The notes beneath the pieces are model-generated. The model was given only the letters and a program-made list of their open reading frames with translations. It was not told the origin of the DNA and did no database searches. Below are positions 30,268 to 39,694 of a DNA stretch of 64,000 nt, one piece after another. This stretch comes from Candidatus Thorarchaeota archaeon. GTDB taxonomy: Archaea; Asgardarchaeota; Thorarchaeia; Thorarchaeales; Thorarchaeaceae. Position 1 is the first letter of the stretch. Each line of letters opens with the position of its first letter. The stretch covers positions 41,547-105,546 of the forward strand of contig JBHIAE010000004.1 of the NCBI GenBank assembly GCA_046758445.1, written 5' to 3'. Made by a program: the position numbers and the translations under genes.

Positions 30268-30360
30268 GTGAGGTCTTGGAAACAGATTGTGGCGATAGTC
30301 ATAGGTCTAGTAATGTTCATCGTGTTCCTACTCCTATACCTCTTCCTTAGGACGCCTTGA
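30268..30360 (+). CDS. 30-aa single-TM microprotein (not in ORF track)
   Basis: Hand translation MRSWKQIVAIVIGLVMFIVFLLLYLFLRTP; fills the gap at the operon end. Confidence 0.55.
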   Translation: MRSWKQIVAIVIGLVMFIVFLLLYLFLRTP

Positions 30361-30363
30361 GAG

Positions 30364-30930
30364 CTAGTGCGTGTATTGAAGCGGAACTGTTGCCGTGGTG
30401 AGGATGGCTTGACCATCTGGGTCCCAAGTGAATAGAACTTGTGCGAAAAGGTCGGTGTCTTCTGCAACCTCTGGTGAAAAGATAGTTTCCCGATTGTTTG
30501 TGAACTCCAGGAACTCAGTTTCACCAGGCGCCACTGAGAATTCATCAAAGCAACAGGTAAGCCCTGGTTCAATGTCGAAAGTCTGTAGTGGTGTAAGATT
30601 GTTGAAGTAGACAGTCACACGCAATACATCGAGGCCAAAGACCGTAGAGTTTCCTATGTTTGTGACGTTCAAACGTATGACGAGATGGAAAGGAGGTCCT
30701 TCTACAGGAACGATTGGCATGAAGTCTTGCCAGAAGAACGCAGAGGCAACCAGCTCTAGGTCGTCTACTGTGATTTCCTCAACAACTATTGAAGGAGGGT
30801 CATCAGGAGGCGGCACAGGCTCAGGAAACGCAAAGAAATCCCCAAGCAGAATGACTGCTGTACCAGAGGCAATGACTATGGTAATGATTACAGCCACGAT
30901 GATGCCTCGGCCAATTCTCACGGTCTTCAC
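30364..30930 (-). CDS. N-terminally anchored protein with a Pro linker and Ig-like beta domain
   Basis: TM, PEPVPPPDDPP, beta-rich body (NVTNIG, VAPGE). Confidence 0.7.
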   Translation of the reverse strand: MKTVRIGRGIIVAVIITIVIASGTAVILLGDFFAFPEPVPPPDDPPSIVVEEITVDDLELVASAFFWQDFMPIVPVEGPPFHLVIRLNVTNIGNSTVFGLDVLRVTVYFNNLTPLQTFDIEPGLTCCFDEFSVAPGETEFLEFTNNRETIFSPEVAEDTDLFAQVLFTWDPDGQAILTTATVPLQYTH

Positions 30931-31025
30931 TGAGATGAACTAACACATGGTGAGTATTGACTTTTCCGAAATAGACCATATGCTTCAGAAATATTAGGAT
31001 GCAGCCATTAAGCCAATTGATTTGA

Positions 31026-31592
31026 ATGAATAATGATAGGATAAGAACCGTAGAGTATTCAGAGCGTCTTGCCAAACGCATTGCACAACATCTCCTCACG
31101 GGAGTGCCTCCTGAAGTTGTTCATGGCCAGAGGGTAACCCTACTGGCCCCGGGTCCTGACGAGGTCTATAGTGTCTGCTCCCTGAGCAACCAAGTTGTCG
31201 TTGGAATCTGCACAGGAGTGAGGATGAAGTGGCATGCATCCCGTCATCGCATAGAACTTGTCCAGTTAGTTGTTCATCCAGACTTCCAACGGAGAGGCAT
31301 TGCTCGACAAATGATTAGGGCGATCTCCGAGCACTTCGAGGAGAGAGGCGCTGAAATCCTGCAAGTCAGTGCGGATGGCGGGAATCAAGCTGCAATTGAG
31401 GCATATCGTAGAATGGGATTTGTCGAGTTCGGTCGCCTTCAGAACGGACTGAAGTATGATGATCGCCATGCAGATGAGGTGATGATGGCCGCAGGAGTTG
31501 ACGCCATGCTAGATGCTACAGACTACGATCAAGACTATCAGTCATTCTTACGAAATTCATCAAGCTCTTCTCAGCAGCTTCTCGAGGTCTGA
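31026..31592 (+). CDS. GNAT family acetyltransferase
   Basis: VVHPDFQRRGIA and NQAAIEAYRRMGF. Confidence 0.88.
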   Translation: MNNDRIRTVEYSERLAKRIAQHLLTGVPPEVVHGQRVTLLAPGPDEVYSVCSLSNQVVVGICTGVRMKWHASRHRIELVQLVVHPDFQRRGIARQMIRAISEHFEERGAEILQVSADGGNQAAIEAYRRMGFVEFGRLQNGLKYDDRHADEVMMAAGVDAMLDATDYDQDYQSFLRNSSSSSQQLLEV

Positions 31593-32352
31593 CCTCAAAG
31601 ACATAGAGAGCGGGTTCAGGTAGTTCTGCCAAGAATCGTAGTGCGCGCTCGAAGTTGATAGACCCGTTTCCAACTATTTGATGCGACCCATATAGATCAT
31701 TACGACCGTGGACGTGCACTATCTCAATTGCATCCCTGTGTTTCTTGAACGCTTCCCAGTCTTCAGCTTGGAGCTTTGGACCATAGAGCTTAGGGATGTC
31801 AAGGCACAGCTTCAGTCCCTTGGGGACCATTAGATCAATTGCCTCGCGTACAATGGGAGTCCAAGCATGGTTTTCAAGGACTATGCTGACATGCTCTCTA
31901 CAATGTACAATCAAGTCGGATAGATTGTCGCAGAGGACTGAGAGATACAGGTCACGCCTGCTCTCGAAGAACTCGTCGCTCACCTGTGCGGCCTGTTTGA
32001 AGGAAGGGATAGCCCCAGCGTGAAGCACGATGTTTGCTCGGACCTTGCTGATATCCCGGGCAAAATCGATGACGTCCCTGAAGAACTCAAGAATGGCTTG
32101 CCGAATGGGAGGATACGTTGTGAACAGGCTTACATCATCACCCGGAGCATGAAGACACCACTCGACACCAAGCTCGTGAGATCTCTGTCGAAGCTGCATT
32201 CGCTCATAGAAAGTGATTCTCTCGGGTAACAACTCTGGGACTCCAAAGTCAGGTACGACCCCATTCCAATCCGAAGTCGACACATAATCTAGGGCGGCCT
32301 CAAATGACGTATCGTATACCATATGGTATGCACGTTTCTGAGGAAGAGCCAT
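31516..32352 (-). CDS. Sugar phosphate isomerase/epimerase-like TIM barrel (AP endonuclease 2 family)
   Basis: LHAP, VLHAG, LEN, CLDIP, VHVH, H..VGNGSINF and FEV. Confidence 0.82.
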   Translation of the reverse strand: MALPQKRAYHMVYDTSFEAALDYVSTSDWNGVVPDFGVPELLPERITFYERMQLRQRSHELGVEWCLHAPGDDVSLFTTYPPIRQAILEFFRDVIDFARDISKVRANIVLHAGAIPSFKQAAQVSDEFFESRRDLYLSVLCDNLSDLIVHCREHVSIVLENHAWTPIVREAIDLMVPKGLKLCLDIPKLYGPKLQAEDWEAFKKHRDAIEIVHVHGRNDLYGSHQIVGNGSINFERALRFLAELPEPALYVFEVRPREAAEKSLMNFVRMTDSLDRSL

Positions 32353-32589
32353 ACCGACAAATGGGTGATGATTGCATAAGAGGATGATTCGTTTCTACGT
32401 CGGTGCCACTCAGTCCGTTTCGGCAATGAAAGACAAGCATAAATGCCAGATTGAAAGGCCAATAGGAGGCAAACTCAGAATAGAGGCTAATGGTATCGAT
32501 GGTTACAGTTTGTTTCAAAAGAGCAGACATTTTGTTACGCTTTTGTGTGTTCTGCATCTTTAAGTATAGGGTTTGTAACTACCCGCCCC

Positions 32590-32673
32590 TCATACTCTAT
32601 GGTGCACTGATCAAGCACCTAGGGAGCTGCACGTTTCCTCTGCTTGCAGAGAACGTGTGGGAGGAGAAGAATA
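32590..32673 (+). promoter_or_regulatory. Structured 5' leader A (two hairpins plus SD)
   Basis: GGTGC/GCACC hairpin; GCACGTT..CTCTG-CTTG-CAGAG..AACGTGT hairpin abutting GGGAGGAG; TTTAAGTA box at 32559. Confidence 0.6.
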
Positions 32674-34791
32674 TTGAGAGAAAAAACAGTACTGTTAGCA
32701 CTAATCTTGACAATGAGCCTCGTCATCCCTGTGGCTTTTGTGTCATTTGGTGCTGCTGCGACTGCTGATTTTCCCGAGTACAAAGGTGTAGACCTTGAGA
32801 GTGGATTGGCAGGAGAGTCATATATGCCTGAGATCTCTGAATCTACTGCTGAGACGGCCTATGGAGGAACCTATCAGTACGACGCAGCGGTACCCGTCGG
32901 GACTACTGTCTATGACTGGTATATTGGAGCAATCTCGGGATCTCCATGGATGACTCTCCGAGCAGTTTCCGAGTTCGCTGAGGTCTGGGTGCAGGATGAC
33001 CTCTCATTCCCTTAGGGGGATCCCAGAAATGACGACCCATACCTGTGGCAGGTGACTGATGAACAGAGTCAGTATCTGGCAGACGAGTTCGACTCAGTAA
33101 TCTATCAAAGACTCACTCAGTTCTTTGGAGTACCACACGACAGGGATGGTACAGGCACCATCTTTGAGTTAATCGGATTGCCGGCCTTCACGTACGATTG
33201 GCTGAATGCGACCGACAACCCTCAGAGAACAATAATCAAAGTCCTCAACTATCGCGACGAGAACTACTATGACCCGAACTATCCCTACTATGTGATCGGC
33301 TTCTTCAGCTCCACATATTCAGGATACTAGTAGAGAAACATGATCCACATCGACAACTGGGCATGGTATCAGAGAGTTGGGGCCGAAGGAACTCAGTGGT
33401 ATCCTGACGACCGTCCCGAGTTGGTGGTCACCCGACCCTACACCTACGAGGGTACGATCGCTCATGAGTATCAACACCTCATCCATAGAGACTATCAGGC
33501 CGATCCTGCAGCCTTCATGAATGAGGGCAGCTCAATGTATGCCGAAGTTCTCTGCGGTTATGGTATTCCATGGAGTCACATCAACAGCTACTTGGCCACA
33601 CCGGACAATTCACTCACCGACTGGGAGGACCAAGGAGGCATCAATGTCCTCGCGGATTATGGAGCAGCGGTACTCTGGACCATATACCTGAGCGATCACT
33701 TTGGAGCTGAGTTTCTAAGCTACTACGTGGGAGCAGGTATTCCTGGTATTGAGGGAATCAATGCGGCTCTGGCGCACTTTGGCTACGACTTGACCTTTGA
33801 CGAGGTTTTCCACAACTGGAAACTCGCAAACCTGATACATTCGGACTTCCCAGGTGGAGGGTTGTACAACTACGACACACTTGACTTGGGCAGCGCAGAT
33901 GCTGAACCAGCCAGAGTGTATGAAATTGAGAAACTACCTGTGCCGACGACTTTCGGTTCGGACTTCGGTTCAACTGTGAGTATTCTCGGATACGACACAG
34001 GAGTTACGAACCTTGGTCCATACGCAACTGACTATATCGCTCTTACCAAGTGGCAGTTCCAGAAGCCATGGTTCAAGAGTCTTGAGTTCGATGGCGATGA
34101 TCGAGCAGTCTACGGTTGGACGATGACAGAGCTCGGTTGGTACTCCGGCGCTCTGAATCTAGTAGACACGTTGTTAGTCGGCGAGGGATTCGTAGATCCA
34201 GATGATCCAACACTGGAGCTCACGACCTACTTGGACATCGAGGACTACTGGGACTTCGGGTTCGTCCAAGTTTCCACAGACGGAGGTCAAACATGGGTGT
34301 CACTTGAGAACGAATTCACCACTTTCGACCATGACCCTGATGCACATCCGACTGTTCTGGCGAACCTTCCAGGACTTACGGGTTGGAGTGGAGACTTCCT
34401 AACGATTAGCTTCGACGTTTCAGCCTACGCAGGACAGACAGTGTTATTCGGATTCCGATACGTGACTGACTGGGCCACCCTATACGAAGGATGGTATATC
34501 AGTGAGGCCAGCATCAGCGGGACGGCACTGGACCTTATGCCTGTCTATCCAGAGGCAGACTTCCAGGTTTCGCTGGTCTACTACATGAAGTTCAGTGGAG
34601 AGTACTATCCAATCTTCGTCTGGGACCTGAGTCTTGATTCAGCGACAGAAGAAGGAACCACGTGGGTATTTCCGCCACACCGTGGCTACGTCGTATTAGT
34701 CGTTAGCGCGATCCATGATGCCGGATTGGCTGACTACTCCTTCGAGGTAGACTTCTTGCACAAGCGTCATTGTGGTTTTTGGATTGAGTAG
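32674..34791 (+). pseudogene. Secreted HExxH metallopeptidase (M30/immune inhibitor A-like) interrupted by three in-frame TAG codons
   Basis: Track ORFs 32644, 33052 and 33340 share one frame; TAG at 33013, 33328 and 33331; the joined 705 codons are collinear with the intact paralog at 35064; AHEYQHLIH and NEG.S motifs. Confidence 0.8.
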
Positions 34792-34816
34792 AGTAAAGGT
34801 TCCATAGAAACGGAAC

Positions 34817-34865
34817 AGCTGTGAACGCTGGAAGAACGCAGGGTTCACAGCTCTGATTTCTTTTT
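34817..34865 (+). terminator. Hairpin plus U tract
   Basis: AGCTGTGAAC...GTTCACAGCT 10-bp stem followed by ctgatttcttttt. Confidence 0.65.
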
Positions 34866-34981
34866 CAGGACTGTCACCGAAACGACCGTCCAATAATAGC
34901 CGGTATTTTCGAATTCTGAAATGACTGGTTTTATTCTGAAATGGTCCAATACTTAAATAGCGGATTTGTCCATGGGGGCTC

Positions 34982-35063
34982 TGCATCAAGTAGTGTGTTA
35001 TTAACGCACAGTGCAATCTGGCACGTTCTCTTTTTCTAGTGAACGTGCGGGAGGAGAAGAATA
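34982..35063 (+). promoter_or_regulatory. Structured 5' leader B (two hairpins plus SD)
   Basis: GTGTGTT-att-AACGCAC hairpin; GCACGTTC...GAACGTGC hairpin abutting GGGAGGAG; CTTAAATA box at 34952. Confidence 0.6.
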
Positions 35064-37148
35064 TTGAGAAGAGAGAAAACAACAGTACTGTTAGCTCTGT
35101 TACTAGTGTTTGGCATGTCAACAGTAATGTTTTTCGTGCCATCCGCTGCAGGCGTCAGTGCTGAGCTTCCTGACTATGAACCGATAGATGCCGGTCCAAG
35201 GCTCAGGGATGCTAACTATCCCATACAACCGGATAACGGTGTGATCACTAACGGTGGAGGAGATGGGGATGACGCTGTGGAGTACGACAGGAAGGAATGG
35301 CTGTCACTCGATGACTACTATGCGTACTACTTCTTCACCAACTTCAGCCTTAGGGCGTTCTCTGCCACAACGGAGATCTGGGTGCAGGTCTACGAGGAGC
35401 GTGGATTCCCTGCGGACGACTCAAGAGGCACTCCAGTGATCACTCAGGCGGAAGTTGAGTTTCTGCTAGCTGAGTTTGATTCGAACATCTATCCAACAGA
35501 CTCGGGCTACTTTGGGACTCCTGACTTCCACGACGGGACTTGGTCATTGTTGGAGTATTGGGGATACTTCCCACCTGGATACTACTTCAATGAAGATGGG
35601 AGAAACGTCATCCTAGTGTCAAACTTCAGAGACGACAACTTCTACGATGAACTCTACCCATACTACATAGCTGGTTTCTTCTCGAGTTCACTCGAGGCGT
35701 ACCACGATAGGAACATCATAAGCATTGATACTTGGCAATGGGAGAATAGAATTGGTCCGGAGGGAACCGAATGGCTTCCCGGCATATTTGTTCAACGTCC
35801 TTATCTATATGAGGCCGTAATCGCTCATGAGTATCAACACCTGATACACTCTGACTACCACTCGGGCGATCCTAGCTTCATAAACGAGGGCGCTTCGATG
35901 TTCGCGGAGGTCCTCTGTGGCTATGGAGTCCCATGGGGTGACATCAATAGTTATCTGGCTACTCCAGACAACTCACTGACAGAATGGGGTGATCAGGGAG
36001 GCCGCAACATCCTGGCGGACTATGGTGCAGCAGCGTTATTCGCAATATACCTTAACGACCAGTTCGGAGCTGACTATTGGAGCAACTACATGGCTCAACC
36101 AGTGAACGGAATTCCCGGCCTTGAAACAGGGTTTGGCGGAATGACCTTCGATAAGGTCTTCCACAACTGGAGGATTGCTAACCTGATCCACTCAGACAAA
36201 CCTGGACATGGAAAGTACAACTATAAGACCCTTGACCTCGCCGACGCGGATCCTGTTAGAACGTACTCCGTGGAAGGACCCTATGTCCCATGGACGTCGG
36301 GCTCAAGCTTTGGAACGACTGTGACCATTCTTGGATACGATACCGGCATATCATTGGTAGGCCCATACGGCACCGACTACATAGAGATTACAAAGGTGAA
36401 TAAGAGACGCGCTAAGCTGTTCTTGTTTGATGGCGACGATTCAGCCTATGTGGATCCAGGTCCGCAATGGACATACCTCCCTGACTCCGGTATGTGGTAC
36501 TCAGGTGCTGATGACCTGATGAACACAGTCATTGCAGGAGTGGCAAATGTGGATCCTGGTGATCCAACCCTTGTGATGACTACGTATTGGGACATCGAGG
36601 ACTATTGGGACTACGGCTTTGTACAGGTATCGACCGACGACGGCATGACATGGACATCACTTGAGAATGAGTACACTACGTACGACCACGACCCAGCTGC
36701 TCATCCAAACGCTGTGGAGAACCTTCCAGGACTGACGGGTTGGAGCGGTGACTTCATAGAAATTGCTTTCGACCTCACTGGCTATTCTGGTGAAGTCCTT
36801 ATCGGCTTCCGATACGTGACTGACTGGGCTTTCACCTATAAAGGCTGGTACATTGTGGACGGCGTGACTGTCAGTGGTGTGCCGCTGGAGCTTGCTCCTT
36901 GGTTCCCACCCCCACCAGAAGCAGACTTCATGGTAACTCTGGTTTCGGTCAGGGAGAAACATGGAAGACTCAAGTACTCTGTGAAGGACGTTCACACCTG
37001 GGACGAGTTCGAGTTCGGATTGCGATTCGTCAAGTGGGGCAAACCGGATGCTATCTTCGTGGTTGTCAGTCCTATACACGAGGCTGGTGTCGTTGACTAC
37101 CAGATAGCCATGATTCCGTTCCGGTTCTGTTGGCACTTCTGGAAGTAG
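35064..37148 (+). CDS. Secreted HExxH metallopeptidase (M30/immune inhibitor A-like)
   Basis: Signal peptide; AHEYQHLIH and NEGASM; C-terminal domain with DIEDYWDYGFVQVSTDDG and FRYVTDW. Confidence 0.85.
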   Translation: MRREKTTVLLALLLVFGMSTVMFFVPSAAGVSAELPDYEPIDAGPRLRDANYPIQPDNGVITNGGGDGDDAVEYDRKEWLSLDDYYAYYFFTNFSLRAFSATTEIWVQVYEERGFPADDSRGTPVITQAEVEFLLAEFDSNIYPTDSGYFGTPDFHDGTWSLLEYWGYFPPGYYFNEDGRNVILVSNFRDDNFYDELYPYYIAGFFSSSLEAYHDRNIISIDTWQWENRIGPEGTEWLPGIFVQRPYLYEAVIAHEYQHLIHSDYHSGDPSFINEGASMFAEVLCGYGVPWGDINSYLATPDNSLTEWGDQGGRNILADYGAAALFAIYLNDQFGADYWSNYMAQPVNGIPGLETGFGGMTFDKVFHNWRIANLIHSDKPGHGKYNYKTLDLADADPVRTYSVEGPYVPWTSGSSFGTTVTILGYDTGISLVGPYGTDYIEITKVNKRRAKLFLFDGDDSAYVDPGPQWTYLPDSGMWYSGADDLMNTVIAGVANVDPGDPTLVMTTYWDIEDYWDYGFVQVSTDDGMTWTSLENEYTTYDHDPAAHPNAVENLPGLTGWSGDFIEIAFDLTGYSGEVLIGFRYVTDWAFTYKGWYIVDGVTVSGVPLELAPWFPPPPEADFMVTLVSVREKHGRLKYSVKDVHTWDEFEFGLRFVKWGKPDAIFVVVSPIHEAGVVDYQIAMIPFRFCWHFWK

Positions 37149-37162
37149 ATTGAAACTAAGGT

Positions 37163-37210
37163 TGTGACTGCAACATCTGTGTTGCTTTCACATCCTGTTC
37201 TCTTTTTTCT
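37163..37210 (+). terminator. Hairpin plus U tract
   Basis: TGTGA..GCAACA-tctg-TGTTGC..TCACA followed by tcctgttctcttttttct. Confidence 0.6.
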
Positions 37211-37433
37211 GGTGGGAGCAGAGCAGCAATACAAGGACTGTTTCGGAGTCTTCTGGCATTCCGATAGATTGTCTGATCAGAGCTCAATTTCCTTTTCCAG
37301 AATGTGGATTGTGACGACTTACCACTCTGAATGTCAGAGTCACTCCCATGTGCTCGGATTTGTTTCTTGTCGTTTGCTGCAAGCCATGCATACGGGACCA
37401 GAAGAAGCAGAGGACTACTAGCTGCTCGGAATC

Positions 37434-38801
37434 TTACCTTCTTCGAAACATGACTATCAACACTACAACTATGCTAGCAACCAGTATAGAACTCGCGACA
37501 ATTACCAGAAGCTCGGTTTCTGGGGGTGGGGATATTGTCGTTGTGGTTTCTCCAGTTGTGGAGGTTGCGGTCGTAACGGTTGTCATATCCGTTGTGGTTG
37601 TAGACACTTCGCCAGTAGAGAAGTAGCTGCTCATCATTGTGAAGATCTGCGTGTCATCGATTTGATTGGCCTGCGGCAGGCCGGCAAAGGCATCTCCGAA
37701 TAGGAACAGCGGCACATCTGCAGCAGTATGGCCTCTCGTGGTCCACGAAACAGAGATGTTCTTTGACCGAGAGACTCTCAATGCTCGGTTCTCCTCCTCA
37801 GTATTCGAGTCCGAAGGCAAGACATCACCAAGTGTGTCACTAACTACAAGAAGGCCTCCTGTTTCATGGTCCGCGGTCACGATGAGTATCGTGTTGCTGT
37901 GCTCCTGAACATACTTCAGTGATGCATTGACAGCTTTGTTGAAGGCAATCGCTTCCAGCGCGGCATATGTCTTGTTGTTGTCGTGGCAGCCCCAGTCAAT
38001 CTGGCCGCCTTCAACCATGAGGAAGAAGCCATCAGAGTCCTGCGACAGAATCTCCAGCGATTTGTTGGTCATTTCAGCCAACGAGGGAGTGGTTGTGAGA
38101 TTGCGTGTCTGTTCAGTGTCCATCCCTGAGTGGGAGAAGAGACCCAGAACCTTGCCGGACGTGACTTGCTCGAACTCGACACGATTCTGTACATATGTAT
38201 AGCCGTTGGCCATCATAGTCGCCAGCTGACCAGAAGAGAAAGAGGAGTTACCCCCGCCCATGATGACATCAACAGCGGCCTCTTCGACAATCTGCCTTGT
38301 GATCTCTGAATAATCCGTCCGGCTCATAACGTGGGTCATGAAGGACGCGGGAGTAGCATGGTTTACGGTCGTCGTTGTGATGACGCCGGTGGCCTTGTTC
38401 ATAGATTGAGCAATCTCTAGGATGGTCTGAACTGGGAGGCCAAAGGTGTCCATCGCAATCATGCCGTTGTAGGTCTTGACTCCTGAGGAGATTGCAGTGC
38501 CTGCAGCGGCAGAGTCGGTAATCGGGCTATTGGCGCTATAGGTGGTAGCTGACCAGCTGAACAGACCCGTTTCCATGGTGAGGTTCATGTCCTTGCCGAC
38601 TTCTACCCATCTTGCAAGCTTGACTTGCTGAAACCCCATGCCATCGCCAATCATCAGAATCACACTGAGATTGTTGGAGGGGGGTTGAAACGTGGAACTG
38701 GAATGCGACAGGCTGTAGACTGGCAAGGATAGGACAAATGCAGAAATGATCAGAACTGTCAGAATGTGTTGGTAGTCAAATCGTGGCGCAGTCATTGGCA
38801 T
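37434..38801 (-). CDS. Alkaline phosphatase (PhoA family), membrane anchored
   Basis: IGDGMG, TDSAAAGTA, HATPA, MVEGGQIDWGCH and VTADHETGG; Thr-rich linker + TM + RRR. Confidence 0.93.
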   Translation of the reverse strand: MPMTAPRFDYQHILTVLIISAFVLSLPVYSLSHSSSTFQPPSNNLSVILMIGDGMGFQQVKLARWVEVGKDMNLTMETGLFSWSATTYSANSPITDSAAAGTAISSGVKTYNGMIAMDTFGLPVQTILEIAQSMNKATGVITTTTVNHATPASFMTHVMSRTDYSEITRQIVEEAAVDVIMGGGNSSFSSGQLATMMANGYTYVQNRVEFEQVTSGKVLGLFSHSGMDTEQTRNLTTTPSLAEMTNKSLEILSQDSDGFFLMVEGGQIDWGCHDNNKTYAALEAIAFNKAVNASLKYVQEHSNTILIVTADHETGGLLVVSDTLGDVLPSDSNTEEENRALRVSRSKNISVSWTTRGHTAADVPLFLFGDAFAGLPQANQIDDTQIFTMMSSYFSTGEVSTTTTDMTTVTTATSTTGETTTTISPPPETELLVIVASSILVASIVVVLIVMFRRR

Positions 38802-38869
38802 CCAAGCATATCTGTCCCACAGACCACTAGATAAGTTGTCGCAAATGGCATCACGAAGGTCGTTGGGGT

Positions 38870-39580
38870 CTATTTCAGAGCTCTGTGGATTGCGGCCAGT
38901 CCCAGAGCCACGTAGTGGAAATCGATTCTGCTGAACCCTACACTATGGAGAATCTCGCCGAGGGTTTCAGCATCATAGAAATTACGAACGGTGTTGGAGA
39001 GATAGCCGTACCCAATCCTTGATCCGGATATTAGATGCCCAACGGGTCGTACCAGAAGACGTATGTAGCGATGAAATAGCCATCTGACTAGACGTGATGG
39101 TGGCTGACTTGTTTCGAGGTTGATGAACATACCTCCCGACTTGAGAACTCGACGAAACTCACTGAATGCCTCCGTCAGTTTCTCGAGATTGAGGTTGATA
39201 TTTCGCGTCGCAAAAGAGATCACGACGAGGTCAAACGACTCGTCTGGAAAAGGCAGCTTCAGGGCATCGGCCAAGGCAAGACTGAGCCTTTGTGCCTCTG
39301 GTTTTCCTATTGCAGTTCTGAGCATCGGAACGCTGAAGTCCGCAGCGACCACTTTGGTGTTCTCTCCAGCCATACGGCTCAGGTAGATGGACGTTTCACC
39401 TGTTCCGCTACACACCTCTAGCCATCTGGTACCTCCATGCTTGGCTGCTAACTTGGCGGTCTGTCTACGCCACAGAATGTCGAGTCCCAGTGTAAGAACG
39501 TGATTCACAGCTTCGTAAGTGTGGGAAACCTGGGAGAATATTCTCTGAACACCCTTGCTCAATACGATCACTCCGGACAA
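38870..39580 (-). CDS. UbiE/MenG family methyltransferase
   Basis: YEAVNHVLTLGLDILWR, EVCSGTG, LPFPDESFD and SFATRN. Confidence 0.85.
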   Translation of the reverse strand: MSGVIVLSKGVQRIFSQVSHTYEAVNHVLTLGLDILWRRQTAKLAAKHGGTRWLEVCSGTGETSIYLSRMAGENTKVVAADFSVPMLRTAIGKPEAQRLSLALADALKLPFPDESFDLVVISFATRNINLNLEKLTEAFSEFRRVLKSGGMFINLETSQPPSRLVRWLFHRYIRLLVRPVGHLISGSRIGYGYLSNTVRNFYDAETLGEILHSVGFSRIDFHYVALGLAAIHRALK

Positions 39581-39694
39581 ATCTACGTGAGTTGTGTGCG
39601 TCCAGAAGAAACCCTAGATATTCACCTGATGGTTTCTGCAGCAGAAAAGAGAATGAAGGATAAAAAGGTAGTCAATCTGTAAATCACGTGGAGT

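Noticed and set aside
30259-30360. Selenocysteine/read-through of the TGA ending bPH copy 4 into the in-frame TM peptide
   Set aside because: The other three paralogs end at the equivalent position, and there is no redox-motif context or recognisable SECIS; a separate microprotein is simpler
33340-37148. Diversity-generating retroelement template/variable repeats between the peptidase paralogs
   Set aside because: Shared nucleotide blocks coincide with conserved protein motifs, differences are not adenine-specific, and no reverse transcriptase is present
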